The notes below the pieces were generated by a model. It was not told the DNA's origin and did no database searches. It saw only the letters and a list, made by a program, of their open reading frames with translations. From Campylobacterota bacterium (GTDB lineage: Bacteria > Campylobacterota > Campylobacteria > Campylobacterales > Arcobacteraceae): a stretch of DNA of 64,000 nucleotides. This document shows positions 60,979 to 64,000 of this stretch, in pieces. The position numbers and the translations under genes were made by a program. Positions within the stretch are counted from its first letter, which is position 1; each line of letters opens with the position of its first letter. The stretch covers positions 64,001 to 128,000 of the forward strand of contig JBNJFB010000001.1 in NCBI GenBank assembly GCA_051746405.1, written 5' to 3'.

Positions 60979-62130
60979 TTACTTCACAGCTTGTTTAATA
61001 TCTTCTATTAAGTCCTGTGCATCTTCTAAACCAATAGAAAATCTAACTGTCCCCTCAGCTATTCCAATAGCTTCTAACTCTTCTTTACTAAAAGAGGCAT
61101 GGGAAATTTTTGCAGGTATTTCTACTCTTGAGTCTGGGCTTCCAAAAGAACACTTCTCTCCAAAAACTTTAGTTTTTTCTATAAACTTCTCAGCTAATTC
61201 AAGTGATTCAAAATCAGCACAAAAAAGACCAGGGATATAATCCATTTGTTTTTTTGCAAGTTCATATTGTGGGTGGGATTTAAGTGCTGGATGAGTTACT
61301 TTTGTGATATATGGTTGCTCTTCTAAAAATTCAGCAATTTGTATAGATACTTTTTCATGCTCTCTCATTCTAACTTTTAAAGTTGGAATACCAAGTGAGA
61401 TTAGATATACATCCATAGGGTTTTGACTTCTACCATGAGCATTTGCATAGTAATGAATCTCATCAGCAAGTTCTTTTGTTTTTGCTACAATTGCCCCTGC
61501 AACAACAGCACCATGACCTGAAACATATTTTGTCGTTGAAAATAGACTAAAATCAGCACCAAGTTCAAGTGGTCTTTGAGAGATAAATGTTGCAAGTGAG
61601 TTATCAACTGCAAATAGTGCATTATGTTTATGAGATAAGTTTGCTATTGATTCTAAGTTAATTATTTTAAGCCCAGGATTTGTAGGACTTTCACATAAAA
61701 CTAAATCAATAGGGTTATTTTGTAAAATATTTTCTAAATTATCCTCATCTAAGAAATCTGCATAATGAACAGTAATATCATACTTATCTTTAAATACTTT
61801 TAGTAATCTATTTGTTCCTCCATAACAATCAGCTTCAACTAAAATATGAGAATTGGCTCTTAAAACTGTTTCAAATAAAAGTGCAACAGAAGCAATACCT
61901 GTGTGAGTACAAACACATCCAGCACCACTCTCAACATCAGTAAATAGATTTTCTAACATCTCTCTTGTTGGGTTATCACTTCTTGTATAATCATATATTT
62001 TATCACCATCTTGCTTTTTTAAATCAAATGTCCCTGTATTGTAAATAGGGAAGTGTGAAGCACCTGCAATATCTTCAAAAGGTGCGTATGAAGCTATATG
62101 GCTTATAGATGTCTCAATGCTCTTTTTCAT
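60979..62130 (-). CDS. Cystathionine gamma-synthase/lyase family PLP enzyme
   Basis: YTRSDNPT, ESPTNP, DNS, STTKY, RFSIGLE. Confidence 0.92.
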   Translation of the reverse strand: MKKSIETSISHIASYAPFEDIAGASHFPIYNTGTFDLKKQDGDKIYDYTRSDNPTREMLENLFTDVESGAGCVCTHTGIASVALLFETVLRANSHILVEADCYGGTNRLLKVFKDKYDITVHYADFLDEDNLENILQNNPIDLVLCESPTNPGLKIINLESIANLSHKHNALFAVDNSLATFISQRPLELGADFSLFSTTKYVSGHGAVVAGAIVAKTKELADEIHYYANAHGRSQNPMDVYLISLGIPTLKVRMREHEKVSIQIAEFLEEQPYITKVTHPALKSHPQYELAKKQMDYIPGLFCADFESLELAEKFIEKTKVFGEKCSFGSPDSRVEIPAKISHASFSKEELEAIGIAEGTVRFSIGLEDAQDLIEDIKQAVK

Positions 62131-62253
62131 AATAGTCCTAATATTTTTTTAAAATTATATCAAAGTTAATTTAAGAGAAAATATATGGTTAATTTTATTC
62201 ATGTGTAAGTTTTTGCTGTTAGACTTTTAATAAAGGCAATAAAGGAGCTTAGC

Positions 62254-63270
62254 ATGAAGACAAACAAAACAAAACTACCGCCACTTGATTCTAAAACAGT
62301 GGAAATTATAGAGAATTTTGGTGCTAAAATCACTTTGATAAATCCTATGGGTGTAAAGGTAAGTGGTATAGATTTATCTTCAAAGGATACTATACCAAAA
62401 AAGGTTATTGATGTATTAGAAAAAGAGATGGCTTCACAGGGGTTTATTGTCTTCAAAAATCAAAAAGAGCTATCACCTGATGAGTTTTTAGAAGCTAGCT
62501 GTTTATGGGGTGGAAAAGAACTACATAGTACTCATGGTGTTCACCCAGCTACTCCTGGAGGAAATCGCCATATATTTCGTGTATCAAATGACCCAAAACA
62601 TGGTATTTTAGGTGTGGGTCCCCAGTGGCATAATGATGGAAGTTTTAATCTAGCTACATTTTCACATTCAGGTTATCATATAATAAAGCCAGCTAAAAAA
62701 CCAGCAGGAACATATTTTGCCCATCAAGCAGCAGCATATGAGGCACTAAGTGAAGAGCAAAAAGAGTTTTGGAGTCGCCTATCTTCTGTAAACTCAGCTT
62801 CAGGCGTAGTTCATCCAATGGTACATGAACATCCAATATCAAAACGAAAATCAATATGGTTGCACTTAGGAATGACAGGTGCAATAATAGAAAAGATTCC
62901 TAATAGTGATTGGTTTAGATTATTGCAAGAAGATGAAATGAAAAAACTTTTTCATCAATATAATGATATCTTAAATGCAGGTTTAGAAGATGGATATGCT
63001 ATTGCTTATGAGTATGAAGAAGATGATTGTATTTTTATTGATAACCTTGCAGTCGCTCACAAAGCAGCACCTGAAGCACATATGTCACCTAATGAACAAG
63101 GCTTAAGAATTATGCACCGTAGTACTGTTCGTGGAGAATATGACTTAGCACCTGGCTTTGGATTGCCACCATTTATAGATATTAGCAAAGAAAGCCCCTT
63201 TGGAGATGGAGTATGGCAAGTAGGAGGTATTGGTTTTGTGTGGGATGATGATATTCATATGCAGAACTAA
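62254..63270 (+). CDS. TauD/TfdA family Fe(II)/2-oxoglutarate dioxygenase
   Basis: WHNDGS (HxD), HPMV..HP, DNLAVAH, MHRS. Confidence 0.88.
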   Translation: MKTNKTKLPPLDSKTVEIIENFGAKITLINPMGVKVSGIDLSSKDTIPKKVIDVLEKEMASQGFIVFKNQKELSPDEFLEASCLWGGKELHSTHGVHPATPGGNRHIFRVSNDPKHGILGVGPQWHNDGSFNLATFSHSGYHIIKPAKKPAGTYFAHQAAAYEALSEEQKEFWSRLSSVNSASGVVHPMVHEHPISKRKSIWLHLGMTGAIIEKIPNSDWFRLLQEDEMKKLFHQYNDILNAGLEDGYAIAYEYEEDDCIFIDNLAVAHKAAPEAHMSPNEQGLRIMHRSTVRGEYDLAPGFGLPPFIDISKESPFGDGVWQVGGIGFVWDDDIHMQN

Positions 63271-63297
63271 TATTTATCTATGATAGTTTAATTGCAT

Positions 63298-64000
63298 CTA
63301 AATTAATTTAAATGCAATTAAACTACTTGCCATTACGAACATTCCAAGTACCAATCCTAAAATTGCAGTATGGGCATTACCATAAACTCTAGCTGCTGGA
63401 AGTAACTCATCAAATGAAATGTATATCATAATTCCAGCTACAATACCAAACATTATACCAAGGGTTGCACCTTGCATTAAAGGTAGTAGTAAGAAAAAGC
63501 CTACAACTGCTCCTACAGGTTCAGAAAGTCCTGAGAGTGTTGCATATTTAAACGCTTTTCTTTTATCTCCTGTTGCATGATAGATAGGTAAAGACACAGC
63601 CATACCCTCTGGAATATTATGTATTGCAATTGCTAGGGCTATTGAAATACCAATAGTTATGTCATCTAAAGCTGATACAAAAGTCGCAAACCCTTCTGGA
63701 AAATTGTGAATACCAATTGCAAGAGCTGTAAAGATACCAGTTCTTTTTAATGATGAGTTTTTTAAAACACTATTATGATTATTAGGTTTTAACTCTTGAA
63801 GCTCTTTATTGGACTTTGGTTCATGGGGATTTACATCTTTTGGTATCAAATTATCTATAATTGCACTAGCTATAATACCTGAAAAAAAACAAGAAAGAGC
63901 AATTGATTCACCTATGATAGTACTATCAAAAAGTAAACTAAAAGACTCTTTTGACTTTTGTAGAATCTCCATAAAAGATACATATATCATAACACCAGCT
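63298..64000 (-). CDS. zupT: ZIP family zinc transporter ZupT (5' end beyond the window)
   Basis: HNFPEG, HNIPEG, EPVGA, DELLP. Confidence 0.93.
   Translation of the reverse strand, partial: AGVMIYVSFMEILQKSKESFSLLFDSTIIGESIALSCFFSGIIASAIIDNLIPKDVNPHEPKSNKELQELKPNNHNSVLKNSSLKRTGIFTALAIGIHNFPEGFATFVSALDDITIGISIALAIAIHNIPEGMAVSLPIYHATGDKRKAFKYATLSGLSEPVGAVVGFFLLLPLMQGATLGIMFGIVAGIMIYISFDELLPAARVYGNAHTAILGLVLGMFVMASSLIAFKLI

Noticed and set aside
919..62884. Many short antisense or nested ORFs (e.g. 919-1137, 6279-6632, 21592-21840, 23092-23532, 35711-36001, 58057-58476)
   Set aside because: Shadow frames of well-supported genes, with no motifs of their own.

Overview
AT-rich chromosomal window from a Campylobacterota bacterium, most likely Arcobacteraceae (inferred from gene content and protein character). 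Most of it is housekeeping and niche DNA: LapD/LapG, rdgB, proC, bamD, lon, dinB, three chemoreceptors plus a PAS partner, MscS, peroxiredoxin, tRNA-Leu(GAG), atpE, an imelysin/di-heme operon with Fur-like boxes, an RND pump, a complete Mrp/Pha antiporter operon, zinc uptake genes and trans-sulfuration genes. The main accessory element is a compact type III-A CRISPR-Cas locus (about 30.06-38.89 kb): cas6-cas10-csm2-csm3-csm4-csm5, one uncharacterised 200-aa membrane-anchored ORF, a leader and an array of 37 repeats/36 spacers. Cas10 has no HD nuclease domain but keeps its GGDD cyclase motif. No csm6/csx1, ring nuclease or cas1/cas2 is seen in the window, so the membrane ORF is the only candidate signal-activated effector. 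Other observations: a clean C-to-T repeat switch within the array, spacers antisense to ribosome-binding sites and to an IS1595-like zinc ribbon, an Rpn-family nuclease gene bracketed by an exact 22-bp direct repeat, a candidate two-hairpin sRNA, two small ORFs missing from the ORF track and a Crp/Fnr gene relic. All family calls come from motif recognition by eye; no searches were run.
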